Source: Eledone cirrhosa
Taxonomy: Eukaryota
NCBI GenBank assembly: GCA_964016885.1
Contig: OZ024742.1
Span: 175,274,001-175,338,000, forward strand
DNA: 64,000 nt
Direction of reading: 5' to 3'
How positions within the stretch are numbered: the stretch's first letter is position 1; each line of letters begins with the position of its first letter. The translations under genes and the position numbers were made by a program. The notes beneath the pieces are model-generated. The model did no database searches. It was not told where the DNA came from and saw nothing but the letters and a program-made list of their open reading frames with translations. Shown piece after piece: positions 12,310 through 26,804 of the stretch.

Positions 12310-13200
12310 TTATCATCATGGTGTTTCCATGTTTGAATGGATTAGATGAGTCTTCTCCAATACAGCATCTTGGCATTTGTTACTTTCTTGATGGGGTCCA
12401 ATATCTGACCAGGTCTTTCTTGGAACATCTGATACTTTTTTATCCAATGTTCATCACCCCTGTATCTTACATGTCTGTACCAACACAATTTCTCTGCTGT
12501 AGATCAAGTCTTAATCTCCTTATACCCAGTTTTCCTCTGAGCTGATCTTTGCTTCATTGTCCATGCATACTGTCATTTACACTCCTCACTTTATTAATTT
12601 ATTTTCAGCATTCACATATCCTTTATAATCTGTGATCATCATTGCATTATAATACAGCCCTCATAAAGAAAGAAAATCCCTTTGTTGCTAATAGATATAG
12701 AAGCTCTCTGAACATTTTCCATCCTGTTCTTACTCTAGCTACTATGTTTTCAGTGCCTCCTCCTCTACTGTTAATTAAGTTACCTAGGTAATAGAAGCTA
12801 TCAGCTACTTCTATGGAAAAATCCATAGATTGGAAAGTTTTGTTTTGGCTGGGGGGGTGTTCTCTTACTATTAACTATGGTTGTAAATTTACCACATAGA
12901 AAATCTGTCTTCTCTGTAAGTCTGCCTGTAATTCCACTGGACTCTGTGTATCCATATTTTACATTGAGTACAGTATATGGTATTCCTACATACTTCTTTT
13001 CTAAATATCAGTAGCATATAGCCAGGGATTTCTGGAAAAGAGTGGCTACTTGATTTTCTTCAATGCCCAGTGTCTCCACAAGTACATTGTTGCTCTTACC
13101 CTCCACTAACCCATTATAGAATGTTATGGTGAATTTTCCACCTATTGTACTGTCCAATTGGCTGAGGGATGTGAGCACTTGAAGACATTCCAATTTTAAT
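12310..13200 (-). mobile_element. Old degraded RTE fragment (finger to C-terminal region)
   Basis: Similar to 300-700: ttttccatcctgttcttactctagc, acctaggtaatagaagct (F.YLG motif). Confidence 0.65.
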
Positions 13201-13854
13201 AATATTAATAATAGAAAATAGCATTCATCTAGAATATGAGCTGAATTATATATGTATATACTTATTGTGTATATTTAGTGAATGGTTTTCCTGGGATCTA
13301 TCTAAATATGTATTTAATATTCCTACAAATATGATATATGTTTGAAATGACATTTCCTTTTGAAAGCTAGATCACAGAGTGACAGGTATTGTTAATTCAA
13401 TATAGGAAAACAGCCATTTAAAAATTTAAATTAGCCTATAAATATGTCTGTTGAGCTGACTATTCTCTGTCTTGAAAATGTGGAATCAAGGAAATCCTGA
13501 AGATAGAATCTTGTGTTGGTCATCCGTTAAAGACAATCTGATTTCTGCAGAATACTCAACTATGTTGTGCACCAATCAAATTAGCTTGTAAAAACAATTT
13601 ATATGTGTCAGTTTATGTATAGCTTTAGGAATAATATTGAATAAACAGCTTTATCCATTGTTCTTGCAACACAGTTAATTTCACAAAAGTTCTGTCTATT
13701 CTTCTCGAGAGATGAAGCTGAGTAATGTATGAGAGAGAGAAGGAGAGAGATATAGATAGTGAGATGGTAGACAGGTAAGCAAGCATTAAATTTCATTAGT
13801 CAATTATCAGATATAAGCAGGCAGCTGGATAAATGTGCTATCAGAAGGAAATAA

Positions 13855-14057
13855 TGATTTCTAATTTAAGCACAAGGCCATCAATTTATGTAAAGGATGT
13901 CAATTACATCTACTACAGTACATTACTGATACTTTATTTCATTGACCCCAAAAAGATGAAATGGAAAGATGACCTTGGCAGGATTTGAATTTAGAATGTA
14001 GAAATACTACAAAGCATTTAGTCCGATGCTCTACTGATACTGCCAATCCACTGCCTA
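13855..14057 (-). mobile_element. SINE family B, decayed
   Basis: cacaaggcca...aagatgaaa...ggcaggatttgaat...gatactgccaatccactgcc; reverse complement of the 46586-46775 type. Confidence 0.75.
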
Positions 14058-14544
14058 TGTCAAAATGAAAGGAGAAATATTATATGATCTTTGATTAGAA
14101 AACCATTAAATGATATTGATATGAAGAACATTTATGAAACAACCTTCTATTAATCCCTAAAACCACAGTAAGACAACTTAAAATATAGTAACCTCATTTG
14201 GAAGTTGCATTAGATCAAATATTATATAAGAACCTATATAAGACACTTATTGTATGCATTTCCATTCATTGATAAATTCATTTACTGAATATGTTTGATC
14301 TTAATATATTGAATATGATTTACAAAATAACAAATCATAGAAAGAAAACAAAGAAAATAACAAGTGAAGGAATGTACAAAATATTACATGCTACAACAGT
14401 GAATGTTGCTGTTGATCTATAGAAATATCCATTTGTGGCTGAGAACAAGGGGCTTAATTAAGTGTTGTTACTTCTTATAATACATGTGTGAGAGAATGAC
14501 TATATCAACTTCAACAAATACATGATCTTAGAAAAGTGGTTTCC

Positions 14545-14890
14545 ATAATGTATTATCACACTTCAGTGTGTCAGTAATATTCTCAAGTGTGTCACTCATA
14601 AATTCTCAGTGTGTCATAACACTGAACTATGTTACTGATAATCTCTAGGTCTGTTATGACACTTTACTATGTCATTTATAATCTCTAGGTCTCTTGTGAC
14701 ACTTTACTTTGTCACTGATAATATCTAGGTGTAACATAAAACATTACTAGTTCACTGATAATCTCTAGATGTACCATAACACATTATTGTGTCACTCATA
14801 ATCTCAAGGTGCGTTGTAACACTTTACTATGTCAACAAAAATATCTAGGGGTAACATAACATTTTACTCTATTACATATAATCTACATGT
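14545..14890. repeat. 40-bp minisatellite
   Basis: at(c/a)tct(a)g motif at 14641, 14681, 14721, 14761, 14801, 14841. Confidence 0.9.
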
Positions 14891-15249
14891 GTGTTTGTGA
14901 AATTAAATAAAATCTGATCAATTTTCATGAATATATGGGTGTGAAAATATATATGTGATATTTAATTGTTGCTTTATTAATTTTTTTTTGTTTTGTGCCA
15001 CTAATAAAACATAATTTGCCTGAAAAATCTTTTTTTTAATGAATTTGTTGTTTAGAATGTTCTGTCACAGAATTTGAAAAACTTCCTCACTCATAATATA
15101 TACTTGCTTAAATGTGTTACCAAATGAGTTTGTAGGACTAAAGGTATGAAATTCCAGTAATGGTAAATATTGAAAGAATCATATATTTAAGATATTTTCC
15201 TTTTCCAGAAGATGTAGGAGAAATAACAGACAGATACAGCAGCAATAGG

Positions 15250-16650
15250 TAATAATAATAATAATAATGATTTCTACTAAAGGCTCAAGGACAGCAATTT
15301 TGTGGGAGGGGGGAACTGATTAAATCGACATCCAGTGCATCACTAGTGCTATATGTTATCAACCCATAAGGATGAAAGGCAAAGCTAACCTCGGCAGGAT
15401 TTGAACTCAGAACATAAAGAGTTGTAACTCTATGCTCTGAAGCATGTTGTCTGATGCTCTATCGATACTGCCAATCCACTACTCTAAACATAATAATAAT
15501 AATCATCATCTTAAGGCCTGTACAATAACAATGATAGTCAGCACACTTGGAATGATAAAAAAGGGTACTGAAAAATATTTGGACTGGATACTTGGATAGA
15601 TATCTCTGCAAGAGATAGAGAAAATAGTACTGACTGGTATTGTCCATGTCCCAAGAAAGGTATTATCAATCAATTTAAAAACTTTGTAAAGACATTTAGT
15701 CTGATGTTTAAACCCTTGTGCATCATCCGTATGGCAATTGATTGTAAAATGTGTGTATTATCAAATTTTACCGCAGGTGTGAGGTTGACACTTGGAAAGG
15801 AGCAGAATTCAAAAGAAGTTTCACATGATAATAGAAATAATAATAATAATATATTTTTGTGTTGAAAGACAACAAAAAATAGAAATGTCTCCTGATTGAT
15901 GCATCACTCCTCACAGACAACAATATATCTATCAAAGAAATTAAGAAATTATCCAAATATAAAGATCTGGAGATAGAAATAAGCTAACTGTAGATAAAAA
16001 CAGAAATAATTCTCATAATACTTAGGTGCTCTGGAAATGTTTAAAAAAAACACAGACGGATACATAACCTAAATCCCAGGACCTACAAATATATACAGCA
16101 CCAGTAGGCACTGCACACATACGTATTACAAAGTGCATCCTCAATATAATAGAAATAACACCACCGAAAACAACACTGCACATAACCAAGACACATAGAG
16201 CTGTGCTCAGTAATATAGCAACAACAACACAATAACAGTAAGACTAATAACAATAATAATTGTTTCTACATTTGGCACAAGGCCAGCAATTATCCCAGTG
16301 CATTACTGGTACTTTATGTTATCAACCCCGTAAGGATGAAATGCAAAGTTAACCTCAGCGGGATTTGAACTCAGACCGTTAGAGTCGTAAGTCTATGCTG
16401 AAAATCATAATAAAAATAATAATGGTATCTAATTTCAGCAAAAGGCCAGCAATATGGGAGGGGGACAAAGATGGTTATTTCAACTCCAATATTTCATTGG
16501 TGCTATATTTTTATCAACCATGGAAAGGTGAAACGTAAAGTTGACCTCAACAGGATTTGACCATAGAACATGAACATGCCATGATTAAATATTATGAAGC
16601 ACTTTGTTAGAAAGTCTAATGATTCTCACAAGCCATTGCCATAATAATAA
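15250..16650. mobile_element. Cluster of three SINE B copies (-) interleaved with R4/Dong-like LINE 3' remnants (+) at (AAT)n tracts
   Basis: SINE B at ~15270-15485, 16260-16400 and 16425-16640. 15520-15670 translates ~TMIVSTLGMIKK..LQEIEKIVLTG. 15885-15985 translates CLLIDASLLTDNNISIKEIKKLSKYKDLEIEI, resembling a restriction-like endonuclease region. Confidence 0.7.
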
Positions 16651-17744
16651 CAATAATAGAATAAGTGTATAGTTTTTGTGAACAATATCTGTATGGAAGG
16701 AGTACATTTGAGGCAAACAAACAAATATGAAAAGCTTATTTTATTACATTATAGGTTGATAGACAAGATGAGCTGAGAGCAAGTTAAACATTCCAATGGA
16801 ATATAATAAATTGTTTTCTCTTCTTCACATTCACATACCTGATCTATATTCATCTATTTTAGAAAATAAATAAGTAAACTAAAACTAATCTTGGGGGTAT
16901 ATATGATCTGAGATGTTTGTTTTCGTTGATGTCTGTAGAAGACAATACAAATTCCATTTGTTACTAAGAAAATTGCTGCTGAGTTAGAAATACGTTTTGC
17001 TCTACAATGTCATATAAAGGATCTATATATATTTCTATCTATCTCTCTATATATATTCAGCTTCAAAAGTACATCTATATAATTTATTGCATGGTTCACA
17101 CTGAGAAGAATGAGCTTCTGAAATAGTTCATCTCACATGTGCTCACTTATGAAATACCATGATATATTTTACAGGACATGAACAAAATGCTGAGTGCACA
17201 CAAAAAAAAGATCAATCACCTTTTCTTCTTTGCCTATATTATGTAAAAATAGTTTGGACTATAAAGCTTCTGAGCATACTGGAATTAAATACAAATAACA
17301 CAACATATTGAAAACGTCATGACTTTCATAATTGTTTAGGTCTGCTTTGGAATTCATAATATTTCGTTTTATAAAGAAATAGAATGTATGTGTTGACACT
17401 TCAGTTGAGAGAACAGGTGTAATACTGTTCTTCAGGTTACAATCTTTAAACTATTGAAATATATAAACAGAACAAACAGTATAATAAAGACACTACTGAA
17501 CACTATGGAAGCCATTGTAAATTTCCTGGTTTTAAAGATGATATATTTCCTGAAAGAAATTACTGTAACTCTTTCATTAAAATGTTTCTATATTTTTTGA
17601 ATAATTATGGAAATAATCAATAATTTAAAATCATTTGGTAATAACATTAATGTTTTCATTATTTATTTGGTGTGTGGAATATATCAAAGCAAACTTCTTT
17701 CTGATGGGAGTTTTTTTTAGATAAAAACCTTTGTAATAATCAAG

Positions 17745-20637
17745 GTACAAATTGTTGTCCTTAAATGCCCGTAATCTATGCAATAAGATACATCTTTTTG
17801 ACTTTTATGTCAAAAGTATAGACCCTCACTTCATTGCAACCACGGAAACATGTGTACATTCTTTACTCTGTGATGGGGTTTTCAGCATAACTGGCTACAA
17901 CTTGTTTCGTAAAGACCGCATTAATCATGGTGGTGTAATGGTCTACGTTCAGTCAAATTTTTCAGCAATTCCTTGTGTTGATTTGAACCAAGTATTTTTC
18001 TGCGATATATGTATGACCAAGTATTTTTCTGCTAGATGGAGTCGTTTACCGTCCCCCAAATTACCATCAGGACACTCAACTTTGTGATATCCTCAGAGCT
18101 GCTGCCAGGAAAACAGCCACTTATGTTTTTATTGCAGGGGACTTCAATCAACCTGAGATTGACTGGGAAACCTTTCGTTGGCCGCAAAGTGCAAATGATT
18201 TCCTTGAGCTAGTGCTGGACTCGAACTAGTCCCAAGTAGTCACCTCCCCAACAAGAGGTAACAACACTTTGGATCTATCCTTCACCACTACTCCTGAAAC
18301 AGTGATTAGTGTTACTACTGAGGAACCTTTAGGTGACTCTGATCATGCTATGATCATTGCCAATCTGTCCCTCATGGGCAGTAACAAAAACCACAACCAT
18401 CTCCAAACTGCTCTTTTGACTGGAATAAAGCAGACTGGAACTGTTACTGCACCGAGCTGCAACGCCCAAACTGGCTTGAGTTTTAGGACTCTGGAGATGT
18501 CAACACTGTACTCCAGAACATCCTGAACTCAATATGGACAGCATGTGGAGCATCGGTGCCACATAAGCAGAAAGAACATCCCAAAAGTGCAATTTGGGAA
18601 ACTACAGCAGTCCCTCTTGCCAGGAAAGAACACTGTAATGCTGAATGTGAGTACAAACTGCATCAATCAGATATCACTAGGACAAAGTGAAATAAATCAA
18701 CCAACCATCTCAAGTAGGTGACAAAAAAGGTAGTGCTTGAATTTGAGCAGCGCATGGCAACCAACCCTGACAGTAAAGGTGTCCTGGATGTATATTCACT
18801 CAAAGCAGAGGCCTCACTCTCCAGTTGATCCTCTTTGCAATCCCCACACAAGCCAGGTTACTGACGACTACAAGAAATGCGCAGAACTCATTGCTGAATG
18901 CTATGCAGGCATTTTCACTGTTGAAGACCAGAGTGTACTGTCTCCATCACCTATGACATCGGATACTATTACAACTATGGGATTTACACCTCCAATGCTG
19001 CAACGTCACCTTAAAAATAAACGTTACCATGCCTCTCCTGGTCTTTATGGTGTTACGTACCTGCTTCTCACACATAGTGAGAAGCAGGTACGTAACACCA
19101 GTTATCACACTTCTTCCAATTATGACTGAACTAAATTGCCAGTGACATTCTGTTCAAAAAGGGTGACCGCACATCACCTGTCAACTATAGTCCAGTCAGT
19201 CTTACTAGCTGCATTGCCAAACTGATGTAATCCTCTGCCAGAGAAACACTTTGGAACTTCTGGAACTCTCACAGTCTTATCCAGCCCTCGCAATTTGGAT
19301 TTATCCTCAACTCCAGCTGCTGTGATCAACTTATCGAGTTTCTTGAAGACATCACCTGGATCACTGATGGCGGCTCATGGGTGGATGTTGTTTACCTTCA
19401 CTTTGCTAAAGCTTTCAATTCTGTGACACACAAGAGACTTATGGCAAAACTCTCTGCAATGGGTGTGAAGGATGATCTTTTTAACTGGTTGAAGTCCTTC
19501 ATTCTCAGTTGAAGAGAGGTAGTCACAGTTCTAGGACAGCATTCTTCACCGTATGAGATGTCATCTGGTGTACCACAAGGATCTATTCTTGGTCCCCTTT
19601 TGTTTGTGGCATATATTTAATGATATAGATGCCAACTTAAAGAATGCCACAGTACTGAAATATGCAGATGATATCATGCTGTACCTTGCGATAAAAGGAC
19701 AGATCCTGAAAACTATAGATCTTTCCAGCTATCTGACCTGGACACAATGCAACAATGGATCATGGATTGACAACTCAAGTTCGCTGTGGACAAGTGTACC
19801 ACCATGCATTTTGGGAGTAAAAACCCAGCATCCACATACTCCCTCCACAACACTAATATCAAGAAGTCTTCTTGTGAACGTGACCTGGGCATTACTGTCA
19901 GCAGCGATTTGCATTGGATGAAGCAAGTCTATAAAATTGTCAACAAGGCGGAGGGTGTCTTAGAATCACTCAGCAAGACCTTTGTCAGCCGCTCTCCAAC
20001 TATCTATTTAAAGCTGTATATAGCTATGGTGCAGCCACACTTAGAATTTGCATCACCAGTCTCGAACCCCTATCTTGCTCAGAACATTGACCGCCTGGAA
20101 ACTGTTCAGAGACATGCAACCAAGTGAATACCCTCCATCAGGCATCTACCATACTCTGAGCGCCTTGCTTCCCTGGGCATGGATACATTGAAGCTCCGAC
20201 GTCTGGCAACTGACTTGGTAAACACCCACAAAATTATTAACTAACTTGCCAACAACAACCCTGAGCACCTTTTTGATTTCCATGTGTCTAACACACGTGG
20301 GCATGCCCACAAAACCAGAAAACAGCACAGCTCCCATGACTTTCGGAAATATTTGTTCATGCTCAGCATTGCTGAGGCATGGAACAAACTACCTGCATCA
20401 GTTGTTAGCTGTCGAGATATTGCATCCTTTAAAACCTCCATGCTTCCTGAGATTTGCGAACACTATACCTGATATCCCCCCTTCATACACACGCACACAT
20501 GTATTTCATGACTCATACACTGTTCATCTTCCTGACATTTGTACATTATTCTATGTACTATACATGCACCTTTGATGAGTTGTAGTGCACCTGAGCACTG
20601 TACACAATAATTTCATTATTATTATTATTATTATTAT
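17745..20637 (+). mobile_element. Degraded CR1/L2-group LINE ORF2 (APE + RT) with (ATT)n tail
   Basis: SLNARNLCNK, GGVMVYV, GDFN, TRGNNTLDL, SDH; GVPQGSILGP; YADD at 19661; KCTTMHFG, ERDLG, PHLEFAS, TRGH. Many stops and frameshifts; (att)n at ~20615-20637. Confidence 0.9.
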
Positions 20638-22729
20638 AAACATGTTTGTATCACAGAACCAGGGGTGATTTAAGATAGTTTGGTATCAAACGGATAAAAT
20701 CTATGGAGATCTTTTTTCTGTTTAGTCAGGAAGAGCAATATCCTTGGCCCTTTTCAGGGATTCTGAGATTGATAGAACTAATACCAAAGCATTTAATATG
20801 CTGCTCTAATGACTCTCTCAATTTCATCCTTGTATTTGACATGAAATGACTGAGAGAATAGCCCACTCTGTACAGTTGATGGCAAATATTTTGTCAGCTA
20901 TTTTTACACCACAAGTCTACTTCAGCAATGTTGACTGATCATATTCAACTATAACAACTAGGAAGCATCCACTCAATCACACAATGTACTAGGAATGCTA
21001 ATCATCGTCATCATTTCCAATATTTTTTCCCTGTTAGTAAGAGTTGGATGGGCCATCATAGACCAAGTCAGTACTCAATCAAAGCCACTGGTCTCACTGA
21101 TGGGCTGGAATCTCATCTCACTTACACGCATTTCTACTTCCCTCACTCAAGTCTCACAAAGAACGAGTCAGTCCAGTTAAAGCTGGAATTCCATGAAGGA
21201 ATCAAAGCTAACTACATCTTCAGCAACAACAATATATTATTGCCTGTGAAAGTGAAATAATTTCCAAGTTTCATGCAACCCATGGAAAAACAGATAAAAA
21301 ATGACTTATTAGAAGGCACATGCACTAAAAATAAAGGTATTGGGTTTAGAATCAGAATGTTTTTAGTTTGATACCCAGCTACTGTCCTCCAAGATGGGTC
21401 AGAGACCCTTATTTCACATTCCAACTTGAGCATAGTTCTTAGAATTCCATACTCCTCCTAACACTTTACAAGATATACTAGGTACTTTTTAGCATAGCTG
21501 GAATGTCATTTGAGGATAAGGACCAGCTGGGGCTTCAACTACTACAACAACAATATTACAGGCACAGATGCATATGGAACATTATGTTAATATTCTACTC
21601 CTATGTTTGGATAAATTGTTATTTATTCTTCTTCCATGCTTAAATTCAGTGATACTGCAATATTTGAACATTAAATCAATAATAATTCAATTAAAGTTCA
21701 TGGAACAACTTTGCTTGTATGTATTCAAAGACATATATTGTCTAGATTTAGACACATAATTGCATCAGACTGCCATTTAATGTTGCTATACAGAAGAGAA
21801 ATTGCACTGGTTGTCAATCTAACACCAATGATTTAAAGGTAAAAAGCTGCTTGCATTTATGTAAAATCTGAATTTTTCCTTCTCATCTTAATGTAACACA
21901 ATTTTCAACATCAAAGTACTTTCTTTAGCAAGAAATTATAAATATATATATATATATATTTCTGAGAATGAGTTTGTTACATTTACGATCATGAAACTGT
22001 TTGGTAATGCAGAAATACGGTAAATTGGTAATAGAAATGTTCTCAAATTGCACTTTTCTTTCATTTCTACCAACATTTGTATATCATCATCATCATTTAA
22101 AGTCAATCTTCGACGCTAGCATTCATACATATATATATATACATTATATTGAAAATTTAGTTTTCTTATGCATAATATGCCTCCCATTGGCCATCAATAT
22201 TTTTATTTTATCTGTTTTTTTTTTAAATTAGTATTACTTGTTTCACTATCACTTTTTAACTGTATGGAGTACTCAATACTTTCCCTAGAATGTCATGGCT
22301 TACTAGATCTATACAGACATTTAAATTGATTAAATAAATAAATAATTAAATAAATAGAAGTTTCAATGTATATTTTTGACTATGATAAATAGTCTTAACC
22401 AATTGGGGATAAAAGCCCCTGGATGGAAAAAATTTGCTAGGGTCGCCCACAGGATGATGTCAAATTTTTTTCTCTCCATGGGCTTTTATGACACATTTGT
22501 AAGACTGTTTATCTTAGTCAAAAATATACATTGAAGCTTCTAAATTTTCAACAAATTCATATCTTCTCACTGTTTCTATAAATGTCACTGGATCGAGATC
22601 TTTGGCGCTATGCAGTTGTACAGAAGACATGGCTTCCCTTGGATACAAAATTAAAGCTACAGTCAGCAGGCACCTATTAACCCAAAATACACAATACTCC
22701 ATCATCCCATTTCCGTCTACTGTAAAGTA

Positions 22730-22932
22730 GTTGTGTTGGTGACACAACAAAAAACACCCAGTCCACACTGTAAATGTGGTTGGTGTTAGGAAGGGCATCC
22801 AGCCGTAGAAAGCCTGCCAGGGACACTTATGTATGAGCGAGACACAGGCTGCCGGCCAATCGCAAAACAAGCGGAACAAAACCGTCTAATCCATGCTAGC
22901 ATGGATGATGGACATTAAACGATGATGATGAT
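22730..22932 (+). mobile_element. RTE 3'UTR-only fragment with (GAT)n tail into (TA)n; relatives at ~27970-28200(-), 33530-33745(+), 35255-35410(+), 36950-37180(-), 54595-54830(+)
   Basis: Conserved gtggttggtgttaggaagggcatccagc and ccatgctagc...taaacgatgatg. Confidence 0.8.
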
Positions 22933-23110
22933 ATATATATATATATATATAATCTTTAAGGCCAAGATTCAATCTCTTTACTCGGCAGTTTCTCTCGTAT
23001 ACACATCTGTCTGATGACCCTGAGTTTATGCAGCATAAAGGACAGAGTAACAAACCTTAAACCTGGACTTAATAGATGAAATATTCATTTTTCTCTCTCT
23101 CGCTATATAT

Positions 23111-23456
23111 CATCATCATCATCATCATTTCATTTTACGTCTGCTTTTCCCTGCTTGCAAGGGTGGGACGGGAACTGATTCTGGCTTGATTTCTACAGCT
23201 GGATGCCGTTACTAACACCAACCTCATTTACAGTGAGTGCTGGGTGCTTTTTTGCCGTGGCACCTCCACGACCACTTTGCAGTGGAACGATAGGAACCCC
23301 AGTCCCTATCATCTCATTTCTACAGCTGAGTAAACTGGAGCAATGTGAAATAAAGTGTCTTACTCAAGGAAACAACACATCACCCAGTCTGAGAATTGAA
23401 CTCACAACCTTTCGATTGCAAGGCCAATGCTCTAACCACTAAGCCATGTGCCTTCA
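23111..23456 (-). mobile_element. tRNA-derived SINE family A
   Basis: Reverse complement of 24942-25278; TA-flanked. Confidence 0.9.
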
Positions 23457-23504
23457 TTTATATATATATGTGTGTGTGTGTGTGTGGGTGTGTGTGTGTG
23501 TGTC

Positions 23505-23552
<48 letters not shown>

Positions 23553-23989
23553 AAGAGAGAAAGAGAGAGAGAGAGAGACATATCAGACGGACCCTTCAGT
23601 TGTGTTGGTGATCTATAGAGTAAATGCACCCAGAACATGCTGTAAAATGGTTGGTGCTAAGAACAGCATTAAGACAGAAAGCTTGCCAAACAAAGGGTTT
23701 GGAAGACCCTTCAGTTTTATCAAAGACATGACAACCTTTCTAGTACAGATTCCATGATAAAAGCCCTCAGTTGCCTCACTTCAGTACTGAATTGGTCTGT
23801 GAAGTTCCATCCAACCCTATACTAACAGTAAAAGCAGACATTAACTGATGATGCTGATGAAATTTAAATACACACACACACACACACGTGTGTGTGCGTG
23901 TGTGTGTGTATAACATCAACAGACTACATATGGACTGATATGTTGTTGTTAAAATACTTGTCAAAATTAAGGGTCCTTTCATGTTGCCC

Positions 23990-24470
23990 ATTTCCACCTA
24001 TGCATATTTTAAACTGACATCACTGATTCACCAACAGGCAGTTTGATCGCAGGCAGACTAACAGGAAAGTTAGACTTTGCATGTAACAGATGTACAGGAT
24101 TAACATGTAGTAAGAGCAGGCATCAGATAAACCTGTTGTGGAAACAGAACTTAGAATCAAAAGGGGTCAGAGTAACCCTATCAAAGACATAAATGTTAGT
24201 ATGTAGGAAGGAGGACAAGGCACTGTTGCCATCAGCGAAGTGACCCTCTTCAATATGTAGGAAATTACTAAGTGGACACTCTATACAATGTACCAAGATG
24301 CGCTGGCAGACTAACAGAAAAATAAACGTTGCTTTGCATGTGACAGATGCACAGGTATAGTTTGTAATGAGAGTAGAAGGGAAATAAACTTCTTCCAATC
24401 CCAGGAAAGTTCCTTAGTAGCAGCTGATAGTTTCATAGATTCACATGTGTGTTTAGAAGAAGGTAAGTTG
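23990..24470 (+). mobile_element. Old degraded RTE fragment around the Cys/His finger
   Basis: ttagaatcaaaagggg...gttagtatgtaggaaggaggacaagg...tttgcatgtgacagatgcacagg resembles LESKG..KVLVCRKE..FTCGRC. Confidence 0.55.
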
Positions 24471-24697
24471 AATTAAAATTAGAAGATTTCAACTAAAGGA
24501 AATAGTGTAATAAAGGAGCATATAAGCCCCTGAATGAAATATGTTGGGCATCAGCAGACACGAAGGGTGGATACACACCTCTTGTTTGTCAAATAAGTTG
24601 CTACCATTTACATGTGAGTTGGCGCCCATCTTTATTTGAAAATATATCGAAAATTTCTAATTCAATACATATATCATCGTCATTGCTGTTTTACACA

Positions 24698-24749
<52 letters not shown>

Positions 24750-24816
24750 AAGGTAGAAAACTGGAAGGTAATATCCGTAGTGGTAGAGCACCCAGTCCAT
24801 GGGACGAGTTTGGTAG

Positions 24817-24934
24817 AAGTAGTAACATAATAGTTAGTTCACCATACCGAGAACAATTATTTCACCTTCTGAAGATGCGCATAAGGTGAAACAATTGTTC
24901 TTGATATGGTGAACTAACTGTTGTGTTACTACTT
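24817..24934 (+). mobile_element. Fold-back element (~52-bp arms) with partial hammerhead motif
   Basis: aagtagtaaca...tttcacctt / aaggtgaaac...tgttactactt; CTGAAGA...GAAAC-AATT-GTT. Confidence 0.6.
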
Positions 24935-24941
24935 ATATATA

Positions 24942-25278
24942 TGGAGGCACATGGCTTAGTGGTTAGAGCATTGGCCTTGAAATCGAAAGGTTGTGAGTTC
25001 AATTCTCAGACCAGGTGATGTGTTGTTTCCTTGAGCAAGACACTTTATTTCACATTGCTCCAGTTTACTCAGCTGTAGAAATGAGATGATAGGGACTGGG
25101 GTCCCTATCATTCCACTGCAAAGTGGTCGTGGAGGTGCCATGGCAAAAAAGCACCCAGCACTCACTGTAAATGAGGTTGGTGTTAGGAAGGGCATCCAGC
25201 TGCAGAAATCAAGCCAGAATCAGTTCCCGTCCCACCCTTGCAAGCAGGGAAAAGCGGACGTAAAATGATGATGATGAT
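24942..25278 (+). mobile_element. tRNA-derived SINE family A, full length
   Basis: A box TGGCTTAGTGG, B box GAGTTCAATTC, central ccttgagcaagacactt, RTE 3'UTR-like tail and (GAT)n; four near-identical copies in the window. Confidence 0.92.
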
Positions 25279-25727
25279 ATATATATATATGCTTGTGTAA
25301 AACAATGATAATCTATCTCTCTCTCTCTCACTCTCTCTCGACATATACAGAGAGAAAGAGTCTTTTTTATTTCATATTACTTTCCATGTATATTTCCTGA
25401 ATTCCTCTATTTATCTAACCATTGCTTTCCATGTTTCTCTTTTATCTGTTTCAGTGCCAGCTGTTTCTACTTTAATAGCTATATTTTTTACACTGATATT
25501 ATTTACTAGCTCTCATTCACACCATGGCCTGTTTAAACTGTATAGAATCTATGAAAATAGTGTTGACAATGTTTCATTGAAATAACTTACAATACCATTG
25601 CAATACTAACAGTATTCAGTCATTTACAGAACATAGCAGGCAGCAGTATTTTCAGCTACTTAGATTCCGTAATCTTTGACATAACCTTACATAGAAATAA
25701 GTACTGCTGATTTGTGTGAAGTGTGTC

Positions 25728-25763
<36 letters not shown>

Positions 25764-26804
25764 ATAGTTTTTTTCTATGCAAAGAATTCAAAGGTACAAA
25801 GAATTGTTTTGATGATTGAAAAAAAAATATATATATATATATATAATAAATTACTAAAAATAAACTAGAATAGACTTAACTACAAAAGTCTCCAATTTTC
25901 AAAATCTATTCATATGAAATCATATATAAATTTGATGAAACACTGTTTGAATGGAATCTATATATAAATATAAAATTTGATTTATTGATGTTGATGATGA
26001 TGTTCTACGATATATTTACTCATCTAATTACTACAGCAGATTTATTTGGTGTTAGTTTCGTAATATAAAGCAGATATTTTTTCCTTTTCAACAATGATAG
26101 TATGCTTTTGTTTACTCATTTGAGGCAGGAAAACAATTTGGATATATTTGTATGCATGGGTGAGAGTTGAAGATTAGATGGAAGGTAAGAGGAGAGAGGA
26201 ATCACTGTAGATATACACAATACAAATAAAATGCTACTATGATTGGACAATAGAAGATAAGAATTTTTTTCTTCAAATAAATATACATCTCATAGTATAA
26301 TCATTGGTAATGACAGATATTGAATAACAGAAACATCATAAAAGATAGAATTTATATAAAATGAGGATTATTTTAAAATAAAAGAAGCAATTTCAGTTAT
26401 AAACAATACAAAATTATAGTCTTTATATAATAATTTCACAAAGCCAAAAGATAGCATGAAGATTTTATCGATGTAGAAGAAAAAAACACACCCCTTCCGT
26501 AGGTATTGAAATAATATTATGTTTTTATTACATATAAAAGCCGTATATGTTTTAAATGTTTGTATTATACCACTACTATTGTGACATGAATTTTCTGTCT
26601 AAAGTTTGCTGTTTTATTAACACAGTCTCTTTGAAGATGTTAAATAAATGTATTGCCGAACAATGAAATTAATTTTTGATAATATGAATGTTATTCCAGA
26701 ATATAGTAACTCAATTAGAATATTGTCTGGATGACAAATGGTGTTTCTTCTTTGGAAATAGTGTTACAACAGTTTTGTTTTTAGCTCAAATCAGTCAAGA
26801 GCTG

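Noticed and set aside
24942-25015. tRNA gene
   Set aside because: The A/B boxes belong to a multi-copy SINE head that continues into a LINE-derived tail.
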